Source: Nymphaea colorata (taxonomy: Eukaryota). Taken from it: a stretch of 64,000 bases of DNA. Below, in pieces: positions 13,055 through 26,406 of the stretch; the stretch's first letter is position 1; every line of letters begins with the position of its first letter. Under the pieces are notes generated by a model. It did not search any database and was not told the DNA's origin. It was given only the letters and a program-made list of their open reading frames with translations. The stretch spans positions 43,462,001 to 43,526,000 of the forward strand of contig NC_045138.2 of NCBI RefSeq assembly GCF_008831285.2, given 5' to 3'. Position numbers and translations under genes: made by a program.

Positions 13055-16000
13055 AAAATTGTAAATATTTTAAGTTGTATTACCTTTGTTTCAACCTCAT
13101 ATTATATCGAACAAAGACAAGGTTATTCAACCTTTTATATTTGAGCATGTCCTTTTTCTTGCTATGGATATGTTGGAGAACACTCCAATTCCTTTCGCAT
13201 CCACTAGCACTGCATGTCTAGCTGAGGACTTTAATTACAAAAAGTTTTAGGCTGTCCCAAACCTATTCCACTACAAATCTAAACAAAAATAAAACGAATC
13301 TCATGTAAAACAACAAAAAAAATCAAAGGTAACAAATGCAAAGTAAATTAAAAATTTCTATATATTTACCTGGACGCATGGTTGTCCTGGCTCGAATGGC
13401 TGTGCTTATTCTCATGTCTCCTATACAATTATCATATAGATCCAACTCATTGTGTAGAACATCTTGCACTAACCATGCATGACTTCTTTGTCCTTTTAAA
13501 TATAGTAGAAAATCTAATTGCAAGATTTAGATAGTAAGCTGTTGCATGAAGAGGTTGATGAAGCTGTCCAATCCACTTTTATCTATAATCTTCCATATGG
13601 GCATATATAACCTTTTCTTCTCTTTCAAGTTGTCTCGAATGACCTCTTTTGCTTTATCTATAGTCTCATATTAGTACCTTATGGAAGACCTATCCTCGTT
13701 GTCAGCTAACCTATGGACTTTAACTAATGGAACACAGACTTTCAGTAGCTCCACACATGATTCCCAAAATTTGTTATTAAATATAATATCCACAACTAAA
13801 AAAGATATTTTTTTATAAGCATGTGGATATGCAACCTATTGTTCACTAGGGAATATCTGCCTCAACGTTGTTCTTTGTTTCACTATACTCTGCACAGTCA
13901 ACAGATTTGTGACAAATCTAGTTTGTGCAGGTCGTATTAATTCAACTCCCTTTGTAAATTTTCTTTTCAACCTCAATACATATGTATGTTATAGATAAAT
14001 TTTGTAATCTCTTGGCATTGATCAATAGCTTGATTTCACATCATACATCTCACTAAGATCTTGAAACATTAGATTAACACAATGAGTGGCACATGCACTC
14101 CAATAAAATGTTCTATACTTTTGAAATAACATATCTCCTACAACTCTATAATTTGCTATTATCTATAATAAACTGTATAATGTTTGCAGGTCCAATCTCT
14201 TGTACGACATTATCAAAAACATTGAACAAAATATCAGCAGTCTTAGGAACATCAGACAAATTAAGAGATTTCAAGAACATTGTACCTTTAAGGCAATAAA
14301 CAAGAAAATTCACAAGTGTTCTTGACCGTCTATCAGTCCATCCATTTGACATAATAGAGCAACCTATTTCCTTTCAACTTAATTTTAACTGATCGCAATG
14401 TTCCATTACTTCTTTCATTGTGGCTTCAAGAATTTTGCCCGTCAACCGATAATATGATGACATTTTGAATCTGGGGCCTATAGAAGCAATTGCATCTGCC
14501 ATGGACCAAAACTGAAAGGAATTAGCTGCATTAAAGGAAATACATGCATCATAAAACCATTTCCCTACCATCAGTTGTGCTTGATGTAGCATATCTTTAG
14601 ATGTCATAGCAGCACGAATATGAGGCTGACCACCTGGGCTAGTATAAAAAAGGAAAAAGTTCCTAATAGAACCACCACTAGACCTACCACTAGGTCTATG
14701 ACCAGCCTAATATCTGGTGCACCTCTTCCTTTCCTTCTAGATGGGCCAGATCTATCTCCTTCATACATGATTCTTTTCCCTTTACCTCTTGAGCTCTACA
14801 CATCTGTACTTAGACTGATGTCATATTCATCATCTTCAATGTTTTCATGAGCTTCTTCTTCTTCATCTTCCCAAGGCTCATTATAGCCTTGATCTGCCTC
14901 TTCCATTTGTTTTTATGTCTTCTTTTGATATAAAACATTAAGCATATCTAAACATTGCTGATGCACAAATGGTTTTCCAGTGCATGGAGCTACATCAGAA
15001 TGTGTCCCTGCCAAATGTTGTTTCATTCTAATAATCCCTCCTGAAAATGTGTCTCACAAAAGCTACATTTGATTCTTAACCGGTCATTCTTCTTCACCCT
15101 TTCGCACCACTGTCATGTGGGATCACACGATGCCATATCTTCACATGAAAACAAAAACCTACAGTAAACTTAACAAAAATAAGAGAAATCTATGAATCTA
15201 CGGTAAAAATATATGAATGTATGGTAAAAACAAGAGATTTCAAACCTTATGGAGACAAAATAAAAAAAACCCCTTTCCTCCCAACGGGAATCAGCCACCC
15301 ACGCACAAATCCATGGTTTTAATTGATGATTTCACGATGAAAATCGATACTTTCCCTCCAAGATGGCACAATCTCTAGGGTTAAAAATGATGAAGGGTGG
15401 TTGTTAGCCTCTGCATGGCTAACAGCCTGATCAATGCCGTCCCACAGTTGTAACCTTCACAAGCCACACGAAGCCCAACTTCTCTCACGCCAAATAATTC
15501 TTCATTAGGGTTTAATGCCCTTAATCCGAGCTTAAGTACATAGATTGATGGGTTGGGTTAAAACAACTTAACTTGACCCGACCCGTTACAAAAGGAAATA
15601 CTAATCAAAAGCATGTAGACTGAAATGAATAGCAACAGAAATCAAAAGAAATACTGAAAATGGAAATTGTTGCACGTGGAAGAGAGAGAGAGAGAGAGGG
15701 AGAGAGAGAGAGACGTGAAAGAGATATTTCTTATTGTCGTGCCCTAGTCTCTACTTAAAGAGAGGTTAGGGCACGTCTAGAGCTGTTACATAAGGGAGCC
15801 TCATAAAGTTGTAAAAAGACAAAACAAGACTCCAACTTTTAAATAATCAGAAAACTACTACACTTAAAATAAACTTTTTGATTCAACAGAAATTAAAGGA
15901 AATACTGAAATAACTTGTGCCTAACAGTGGTTTTTTAAAAAATTATTGTGAAAAAGGGGGTTCAGGCCTCCCTTTCTAGAAATCAAACTGTATCATGCGA

Positions 16001-16164
16001 TACAGAGCTTATCGCACCGTCGTGCGATACGGTACCTGTATGTCATACATGCGATACAAGCACGATACACAATCTATTTACGATACAACTGGTGTATAGT
16101 ATCGCCTTTTGTAAATGTTACGATATGTATCGTACAATACATACAACATTGACTATGAGGGTTC

Positions 16165-16227
<63 letters not shown>

Positions 16228-19200
16228 GAAATGGGAGAGGGAGTGGTTACTTGTACCAGCGCACCGCCTCCTTCTTCACCCTTGGTTCCTCTTCTTCCTT
16301 TTCATTTTCGCCTCCTCCATTCTCTATTTCTTCTTCTCCTTCATTATACTGCAAAACACCGAGAGTGAGAGCCCTTGTGGTTGGGCTCTCTCTTCTCAGC
16401 TTGCGTGACTGAGTTGGGTTTGATTTGGACCCTATCCCAGATCCGCCGACTATAATACACCCAAAACATCGGGCGCTACATCCTATCTTAAATAAAATTT
16501 CTTCCCTGAAATTTAGAATTTCAATGTGAGAACAAGTACGGGTACTTCTCTCGTGTGTCAGTCTCGAGCTCCCATGTGTAGCAAGTGGATCCTTGATTTA
16601 GGTGCATCTAGACATTTCTGTGAAGAGTCTCATAGATTACGAACCTCAAAGTTACATTTAAGCCTCACATTGCCTTTCTGGCCGATGGTAGTCATTCACC
16701 AGTTATGTAGTGGTGATGTTACTGTGTCATCTACATTACAACTTGCAGAGGTATTGCATGCTCCATCATTTCCTCTCAATTTATTGTTTGTGAGTCATAT
16801 TTCTAAAAACTTGAATTGCAGAGTGATACTTGAGCCTACACATTGCATTTTTTAGGATCTATTGACTGGAAAAAAAGACTGGTGGAGGTCGTGAAGAAGG
16901 TGGGGTGTACTACTTTGAGCAATCTATAGGGACCACAAGATCTATCCTACAGTCATCCTTTACTCTCTTGCAGTGGAATCTTCGTTTGGTCATCTCTCCT
17001 CATCAAAACTTCGTAAAGTCGTTCTGCAAATTCCTTCTTCTATATCCATCCAGTGTGAAGCATGTCACTTGAAAACATCATTGTAGCTCATTTCCTTCTA
17101 GTCAAGACCGTTCTAGCAGTCAAGTGTTTGATCTTTTACATGTCGATATGAGGGCTAAGTCATATTCCTAGTCAGTTAGGAAGTCAAGTCTTTGATCTTT
17201 TACATGTCGACATGAGGGCTAAGTCATATTCCTAGTCAGTCAGGAAGTCATTATTTGGTGTTGCTGATGATTTGTCTAGGTGTCATGGTTATGCCTCTTA
17301 AAAGAAAGATCAGAGGCTTCTCGTATTCTTGAGTCGTTTATTATCAAATTCAAAATACAAAATCATTTGGGATATTCTGTGAAAGTTATTCACACTGACA
17401 ATGCTCTTGAATTTAAAACCCATAGACTGCACCAATTTTATCGAGACTTTGGAATTCAGGCTCAAGCCACTTGTGTCCACACATCTCGACAAAATGTAGT
17501 TGCTGAAAGAAGAAACTGACACCTACTTAAGTTGCTCAAACCTGAATGATACAGCCTAGTACTCTACCTTCATATTGGGGCGATGCCATACTCATAGCTT
17601 GCTATCCTATCAACTGTATGTCTCTTCTTTTGTGGGAGATCAAATTCCCATCCAAATACTATTTTCCAGATCTCCCAAAAGACTTTGGATGTGTGTTTTG
17701 TTCATAAATTGGGACCTAACTGTGACAAACTTTCCTCTCAAGCCGCAAAGTGCATTTTTTTGGGATACCCAAGAATCAAAAGGGGTATAGATGCTATAAT
17801 CTCATTACTAAAAAAGAGCATGTCAGTGCAGGTGTGACCTTTGAGTTTGCTCTTTACTACTCTACTTAAGCATCAATGCTTTCAACAGATCAAATAGATA
17901 CGATGCCTTTTCCTATACCTTCATTCCCTTTGGAGTCCTTTCCCTCAACGTGGTATAATGAATCTAATGAGTCTAATTCAAGTCTGTCCACAAATTCTAA
18001 AAAATTTCCTCTCCGTCGATTTTGTGATCCTCCTCTTGTTGCTCTTAAGACCATTGACTAAACAGGTCTCTACTACTACTACTACTTTGGAGGTAAGCAA
18101 TTCTAATAGTACAATTGTTGATGATATGTCTCCAGCTATGTCACATGGGTACGAGTATGGGTGCGGGTACGGGTACTGGTGTGGATACGGATACAAACCA
18201 TTTTTAAAAAACTTGGGTGTAGGGGTATGGCCGTACATACACACCCACACAAATATATATATATATATATATATATATCAAAAAACTACAAACAGAATAA
18301 CATATTCACACATATATATATCAAAAAATTACAAAACAGAATAACATGTTTGTGCTAATGTTTTGGTAGCTCCAATCGCTATGTTTATTTTTCTGTTCTT
18401 TGAAGCATCTTCACATTCTTCAATAGCATAAAGAGGAACAGATAGTTCACTTGACTTGGCTGAAGTTTTTTTTGTCTCAGCTGCATCTTGTTCTTTTTTC
18501 AATACCTTCATCGATTCTTTGCTAATTTTTTCGCATGGTCTATTTCCATGGCTTTTGATATGCAATAAATGTGCCTTGTAACATGTATAAGAGCCAGTAA
18601 AATGACTATGACCGAAATTTCAAGAAAAATTATATTCCCACCGCCACCACCAGCTTTTCCTAGTTTTTTCACAAAGCGCCAAAGAGGTTGAGATGGATTT
18701 TCCATTTCTACTGCAGCAGCGGTATTAACACTACTACTGCTGCTTGCCATATTTCCACTTCCACCTGAGGCATCGTTTCTTTTTCTTTATTATCCATTAC
18801 AACTTATATCTGAAAAGCAAAAAAGTGAAAAACTATAACTAATCAAATGATCTACCAGAAAACTGAGAAAACAATGCAAGCACACATGGAAGAAAAACAC
18901 AAAAAATAGATGATATACCAAACAGATGGAAAATGGAAATCGTGTTATTGGAAGAAAGTTTTAAGGAGGAAGGGGAAAACCAGAACTCCAAGAAATTTAG
19001 TTGCAAAGATCTGCAATATACAAAAGAACACAAAAGCAACGATTTCAAACATGATCCTGTTCTCACGGGACAAAATTGCAGCACACAACTGTCTATTAGA
19101 CCGAAGACGCACAGCAGGTTCTATCTACAACTATCAAGAAGTGCCACTGTGGCCAATAATTCCATGTCAAGCATTACGAGAAAAGAGGAAACACAAATGA

Positions 19201-22200
19201 AACCAGGCAAAGAAGGAACAAAACCAGGAAATGCAAGAAAAGGGAAAGGATTGACATTAAAAACTGAATAAAAAACAGAAAAGCGCATTTAGCCAAGTTC
19301 AGGAACTAAGAAATCAACTGAAATGCTAAATCTCGTCTGTTAAAACCCCTAAAACCCTACAAAGAACCCAACAGAAAGTGAAGGTAAGAAAACACATCAA
19401 TCTCCTTAATAATAAAGCTGACGAAGGAAGATTCAGGTTTGCCGCCATACCTTTGAGAAGGGCTGACGAAGAAGCGGGAGGAGGGATATTTTCAAGACAC
19501 AGGCATTGACCATTAGCTGGTCAAGGATGATTACAAAGGTACAAAACATAAAACGAAAGAACAAAAAATGAAGAAAGGAGCTCGATCTTCACAAAACAAA
19601 CAAGATTTTCAACATATGAAACCAAAAGACCAAAAGCTGCTTCGGAAAACCCTAAAAACCTTTATCTTTGCCGTTCGCAGTTCGCCTCTCGCCGTTCGCT
19701 GCCCGCCACTCGCTGTTCATTGGAGTGGAGAATCGCCTCTCATCGTTGGTCTCGGTGAAGATGAGGTGAAGAAGAACCGTCAAGGCTTAATGGTTACGAT
19801 ATTTTTAACGTGAAAAATGTAAACGGCGTTAAATTGTAAATCACGTTAAAAATCTAAAAAGGTCGAAATTGGACTCCACCAACTTTGATAGAGTCCGAAA
19901 AAGGTCGGTTTCAATCTCGGGTATGTTGACAGTACCCAGTACGGTCTTCAGCGTACTCCGGCCGCACTCGTACCCGTACCGGTATCGTACCCATACGGTG
20001 CGGGTACTGCTCCGAAAGAGTAGTACCTGTGTTACATAGGTCTCCAGCAATGCATGGCCTGGTGGACATACTTGAGGTAGATGATGATTGATCCATTGCA
20101 TTGAGGAAAGGAAGAAGACTGTGTACCTTACGTCTCATCTCAAATGTTGTGAATCTGCTAGACTTGGGAACCATATGAAACAATTTATATTTGCTTTGTC
20201 AGCTAGTTCTGTTCCTTTAAATCAACAACAAACACTTTTAGTTTAAGAACCTCGGTGGAGAAAATCTATGCAAGCGGAGATGGTTTCTTTGCATGAATGT
20301 GGGACTTGGGAGTTGGCCACACCTACTTCAGATGCAGATATTGTTGGTCCAAGTGGGTCTTTGCTATCTAATATAACTCAGATAGCTCCATAGAGTGGTA
20401 TAAAGCAAGGTAGTAGCAAAAGGTTATATGCAGATGTTTGGAGTAGATTTCTTTGAGACTTTTTCTTCTGTTGCCAGGCTTGTTACTATCAGGTTGGTTA
20501 TTTTAGTTGCAGTACATTATGGATGGACATTATGTCAGCTGGATGTAAAGAATGCAATTTTATACTAAGACTACATATATGCAACAACCACCAAGAATGC
20601 AATTATAACACGATATGCAAGTTGACAAGGCATTATATGGTCGGAGAGTCCACGTGCATGGTTTCAGAAGATGGTAGCGGTTATGTCTTCTTTTAGCTTC
20701 TATAGATCAACATCAAATTATTCATTACTAATTAAGAAGACAGGAATTGGAGTTGTGGTCATGGTAGTATATGTAGATGATATTATATTGACAAGAAATG
20801 GCATACTAGATATGTCTGAGACAAATGCAGATCTTCATAAGCACTTTGTTACAAAAAACCTTGCACCACTTAGATACTTTTTAGGCATCGAGGTTGCCAA
20901 GAGTAAAGAGGAATCATATCTCAACATGAGTAGGTGTTGGACTTGTTCAAAGAGACATGGATGCTGGGTGCCAAATCTGCATATATTCCTATGGATCCCA
21001 AGAAACATTTGTATCATGGGCAACGTGAGCCAATTGATAGTAATAGTTACTGATTTCTTGTTGGTAAGCTTCTTATGTTACAATCACTAGACCAGATATA
21101 GTTTGGGCAGTGAGTAAAGTTACTCAATTTATGAACAAGCCTACTAAGGTACAATGGGGTGGAGTCATGATGATTCTCAGTTACTTAAAATCTTCCTCTA
21201 GCAAAGGATACTTGATGTGGTACGAAACTCAGATACAGATTATACAGGGTCTATTGAAGATAGAAACTCTACAACAGGATTTTGTGTTTTTATAGTGGGG
21301 AACAAAGTTACATGGTGAAGGAAGAAGCAAAATGTCTTGACATGGTCTAGTGCAGAATTTGAATATAAAGCAGTGGTTCAAACTGCAGTTGAGATGATGG
21401 ATATTAAATCTATGTTAGCTGATCTATAGGTCAAAGACTCTATTCCAATGGAGATAAAGCGTGACAATAAGGCTGCCACATATATTGCAAATAATCCAGT
21501 GTTCTACGGAGAACAGAACACATAGAAGTTGATTGTTGTTATGTTCGTGATTTGGTTCAATTTGGTTATATATCTACTGTGCATGTCGCTTTAGAAGATC
21601 AAATAGCTGACATGTTTGCCAAACCTGTCTGTAGTTCCATTCTTTGGAGGCGTTGTGACAGGCTGATCATGATAGATAGCTATCCTCTAACTTGAGGGGG
21701 AGTGTGAAAGAAATATGTTAGAAGGTTGGGTTGTTATTTGAAAATTTTAATTTCAGTCCTCTTTTATTATTTCCATTAGATATGTTGGAATCATTTGTAA
21801 TTCTTGACTATTCTCTATTTAAGAGAGATTAGGGTTAGTGGAAAGAACCTTGTTTTTGGCAGTTTTCTTTTCATCATATTCAACAGACATAAAGGAGAGA
21901 GTTTCTTCTATATGAATGTATCCACTCTAACTACATATTTGAGCCATGGATGTGTTTGAAAAATTAACCACTTAGATGTGATCTCTAGGCATTAAGTTAA
22001 AAATTTGTTTTGATGTATAGATATCATTTCACATGGCAAAATAGTCTAGAGTCTAGACAAGTTGATTTTAACTTTTAGTCCAGCCCTTTCGGTTTTCACT
22101 CCTTGGGTCTTAAGGCAAATGAATGAGGATACAGTTTTGCGAATGGCAACAAAAGGACTTGTTAATCCAAAGATAATTCCTTGAGTGCTATAAACCTCAT

Positions 22201-25200
22201 GATCTGTAACAGTCTTCAGCATGCTGACATAGATATAATATACTATCATGCTTTCATAATAGCATTTTACAACATAACCTTAGGCTAAAATTTAATGTTG
22301 TCTCGTAGTTCTCCAAATGTAGCATTATGGAAACCATGTATATGTGAGTATTATTTGCTTCCTGTTCTCACATTTAGGCACATTATTTCATTGTTGTACT
22401 GTTCCTTATTTAATTTTCTTGGCACGCACGTCCCTTTTGATCCTAGTATTCTTTTTCTCACTTATAGGCTGCTCTTTGTGGCTATGCTCTGTATGCTTGA
22501 TATCTTCTATTCCTTGTCTACATTTCTTTAATTTTGAGCAACATCTGTCGACTGGATTTTCATTCAGGGAAAGGTCCAACTGCTATCTTTGGAAGCAATA
22601 CATCAATTGCATATCTTTATTTTTGTGCTGGCCATTGTTCACGTTATTTTCAGTGTCCTCACCATGCTGTTGGGAGGTGCTAAGGTAATCTCAAGCTGGT
22701 ATTTGCTTTTAGTAATTTTTTTTAAGCTCATGTACTCGATGATTGACCATCTCATGAACAAAAAGTAGTTTGCTGTTTATACTGCTGCATTGAGTGAATA
22801 TTTTGGAAGTAGATGGTTACACTTATGTAAAAGTGGAGTTAGCATGATAAGTTTGTTTGCTTTTTATAAACTTTGGTATTTAGATACGTCAATGGAAGCA
22901 TTGGGAAGACTCAATTGCAAATGATAAGTACAACATGGAAGAGGGTGTGTACCAGCATCATCATAGTACTGTTGCTTCCTGAAGTAAAGGTTTCTTTGCT
23001 TCCATAGTTTGGCAAGGAATGTATCCATACTCAAATTTCATATATATTGTTTTAGTAGCTCAGCTTTCCATTCTTCGGACAATGTTTTCATTTGAGGCAC
23101 TCTATGCAGTTTTAGGGAAAAAGGTAACCCATGTTCAACAACATTCTTTCATCAGGGAACATTCTCTTGGCTTCGCAAGAAATTCATCCATTCTACGTTG
23201 GTTGGTGAGTTATTTTGTTTTGTTCCCTTTCTGCTTACATTCTGACATGCATCCACATGCCCATTATTTTTGGGGCAATTACAATGAATTAGAAGCCAGG
23301 CTAATGTCTTTATGAAAAAGTTGCAAATAGTTTCCTTTTAATCTGACCACTTCTTCAGTTACAGTTGGATACCATTTATTGCTGGTTAGGTTCAATGATA
23401 ATTTTGTTTAGTGGTAAAAAAATTATGAGGACATTCAGAAGTTGGTACTGGAGAAGATGAATTTAAAATTTATCATTTATAATTCTCTTTGTTTGTTCCT
23501 CTCTGTCTGTTTAGCTTCCTGCATGTTGTGGTTTGTTTATATTTTTTCTGTTTTCTGAGGAACAGAGGTAACATTGATCTGATGGCAATATTTGGTGTTT
23601 ATTTCAGTTTTCTTTTTTTAAACAATTCTACGCATCTGTGACTAAATCAGATTACATCACCTTACGTCTTGGTTTCATTATGGTAAGGCACAAGAATCAA
23701 AGGGTTTCTTTTTTTTTTTTTTTTGAGTTCTTTGTAGATGGCGAAGTTTGATGTTATGTGATTATTCACCTCTGTGTTCTCTTATTAGACCCACTGCAAA
23801 GGGAATCCAAAATTTAACTTTTACAAGTACATGATGCGGGCTCTTGAAGCTGATTTTAAGAAAGTTGTTGGTATAAGGTAATCTTGCAGATGTCTCATAA
23901 CTCGTTGTTTAACTAGAAATACTTGGTACAACTCTCGTACACATAAGCACACAGACCCACACACATGTAGCAAACACATTAAAATACTTGAACATGAGTA
24001 GATGTACAGGTATAGATATATATGCTACTGGATATGGGAACTCATGAGGTCTGTGACAAGCATCTGACCACTTGTCATGACAAAAATATCTTTATGAAAT
24101 CAAACTGCTAGCCATCACCTAAAAAGTTACTTTTGATGTGGTAATCTGTGAACCGTTCAATCATAGTTCTTGTACTACTGTGGCCATATATATATATGTA
24201 TATATTATATGTACTGATTAAGTTTTCTTATTTTACAGCTGGTATCTCTGGGTTTTTGTTATGATCTTCCTGTTGCTTAATGTTGGTGGTAAGCACATTA
24301 ACCTATCTATTGAACAATAACTCCACACACAACTCTACTATTTTTATATTTCTTAACTACATGTAGTCAGTTCAAATTTTGTTGCTTCTTTCGAGTTTTC
24401 CATAAGTCAAAGTAAGGCACACACTTCTCTCATATATTATTGCTTACATTAGCTCATCTAGGAAACATGTGTCACGGGCAATCTATTTATGAACTCATCG
24501 CAAAGAATAGTCTGTAACTTTTTTGCTAATGCTGACCATGTGTCATCAAAGATCTCGATGACTAATTTCTTTGATGGAAGAGTGAAAAACATTGGACAGT
24601 GTTGTGTATTTTACCATAGTAGTGGGGATTCTAACCAGACTTTGTGATTGTATATGACATCGTTCCCAACTGCATGCTGGTTTTTGTTCACCTGTTATCA
24701 GAACTAGTTTACATGCCAATGTTATGTGTAGCAACTATCGTTCTCATGAAGGGTTTCGTGGACCTTAACTTTTTTAATTTTATTTTTTGTCAAGGAAATC
24801 ATAGATTCAAAATCCTAAAAAACATGAGCTTATGAGGTTTTCTTGAGTAATTTTCCAATGCAAATATTTACAAACACCTAGGATATTTTTTTGAAGATCT
24901 AAAAGAGACAAAGAAGACGGAAAATATAATGCTTAAGTGTCATCAAAAAGTACTTATCAAAAAAGAGGAAAATCTCGTGATGCTATTTTGAAAATATAAT
25001 GGCATTTTACAAACAAAATGTTTTCTTATATTTGGCCTTAACAGTATGATATTTTCAAAATATAACTGACATTTGTGACTGTGGTTGAATATTGACCATG
25101 GAGACTTCATGACTGCAAAGAATGTTGTATTGATTAAATAGCATGAACGTGACATTGTTCACTTAAGACTATCCATTTTTCAGTTGTTCTTTATAAGGTG

Positions 25201-26364
25201 TTTAAGTGCTCACTCCTTGTTCCCTTTTGCAGGATGGCACACATACTTCTGGATTGCATTTATTCCACTAATTGTAAGCATGGAAATTATTGAACTTTTC
25301 TAGCCATTGGGAAAAGTTGCTGACCATGAGCCTTTTATATGCTTCGCATGAGCATGCAACCTTCACCTACCACTGACATTAATAATTGAAGTTTAGGCAT
25401 GTGCTTATTAGTGAAACTCATTAATCTTGTATAACTAGTTGCTTCTTAATTTTTCCATTTGATTGACCAATTAGGATAGTTTGAAACTTTGAATGGTGGG
25501 TTGCTTCAATACCCTAGCTTCACTCAAAGTGATTATTGTTTTCCAGTCAAGCTGCGAAAACTGCTCCTTTGGCTATGTACAATTCTGTTTCCCAATTTAC
25601 TAGCAAGAATTTCCATAAAGCCGCATCGGGGTTGTCTTGGTTGCTAAGTAACTGCAAGAAATTTCGAGGAAGTGGAATCATGGCCTATTAGATTGAATTT
25701 AAGCTCTGATCTTCCTTGATTGGGAGTGGGAAGTACCTTGGGTTCAAGGGAAAATGCTGTAGCATTGTAATCTGGAGGAAGCATAAGTTAGATAAGATGT
25801 GATCAAATGTTAATAAGGTCCAAAGCATGCTGAGAATAAGTTTAGGTCGTTCAATGCAACTTTGGTTTCAAGTAGGCATTTAAATCATAGGTGACGTTAT
25901 ACATGTTCTAAGTACGACTTGTTCAAATTTTTTAGTATATGAATCAATTTCAATTTTATCTTTTCCAGCTTCTTCTTGCTGTTGGTGCGAAACTGGAACA
26001 TGTCATTACTAAATTGGCACATGATGTTGCTGATAAACACACTGCCATAGAAGGAGATTTGGTGGTTCAGCCCTCGGACAATTACTTTTGGTTTCGTAGC
26101 CCTCGTCTTGTCCTCTACTTGATCCACTTCATCCTCTTTCAGAATGCCTTTGAGATCGCTTTTTTTTTCTGGATTCTGGTAACTTGCAAGCGGTGGACCT
26201 TTCTTTCTAAAAACTATATGAACCAGTAGAACTACATGCATTATTTTCTGGTGGATAATGCTTTTAACCAGGCTCCTTTGCACTTGTATGACTGCAGACA
26301 ACATACGGCTTTGACTCCTGCATAATGGGACAAATTGGTTTCATTATTCCAAGGCTTATAATTG

Positions 26365-26406
<42 letters not shown>

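Larger units (their letters stand above)
11011..16151 (-). mobile_element. hAT DNA transposon with decayed transposase, nested in the Gypsy LTR
   Basis: TIRs CAATGCTGTA / TACAACATTG; TSD ACTGTGAG/ACTATGAG (7/8); CGATAC/GTATCG subterminal repeats. Confidence 0.85.
7237..16577 (-). mobile_element. Truncated Tekay/Del-like chromovirus Gypsy: 3' LTR (7237-16480, ~3.6 kb net of nested inserts) plus PPT region and the last codons of pol
   Basis: On the minus strand the LTR runs TGTAGCGCCCGAT...GGGGTGTGACA. It is preceded by AAATTTCAGGGAAGAAATTTTATTTAAGATAGGA (typical Tekay pre-LTR motif) and by [18 protein letters not shown] (16577-16521), a chromodomain-like C-terminus. No matching TSD. Confidence 0.78.
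16578..21885 (+). mobile_element. 5'-truncated, degenerate Ty1/Copia (PR-INT-RT-RH, PPT, 3' LTR 21703-21885)
   Basis: [11 protein letters not shown] (protease), [18 protein letters not shown] (integrase), QLDVKNA and VYVDDII (RT), STTGFC and HIEVD (RNase H); PPT GAGGGGGAG then TG...CAACA. No gag, PBS or 5' LTR. Confidence 0.88.

Noticed and set aside
15715..15888. Candidate 5' LTR of the intronic Copia (loosely similar to 21703-21885)
   Set aside because: It has its own TSD (GAAAT), lies inside the hAT and has no PBS, so it is an independent solo LTR.
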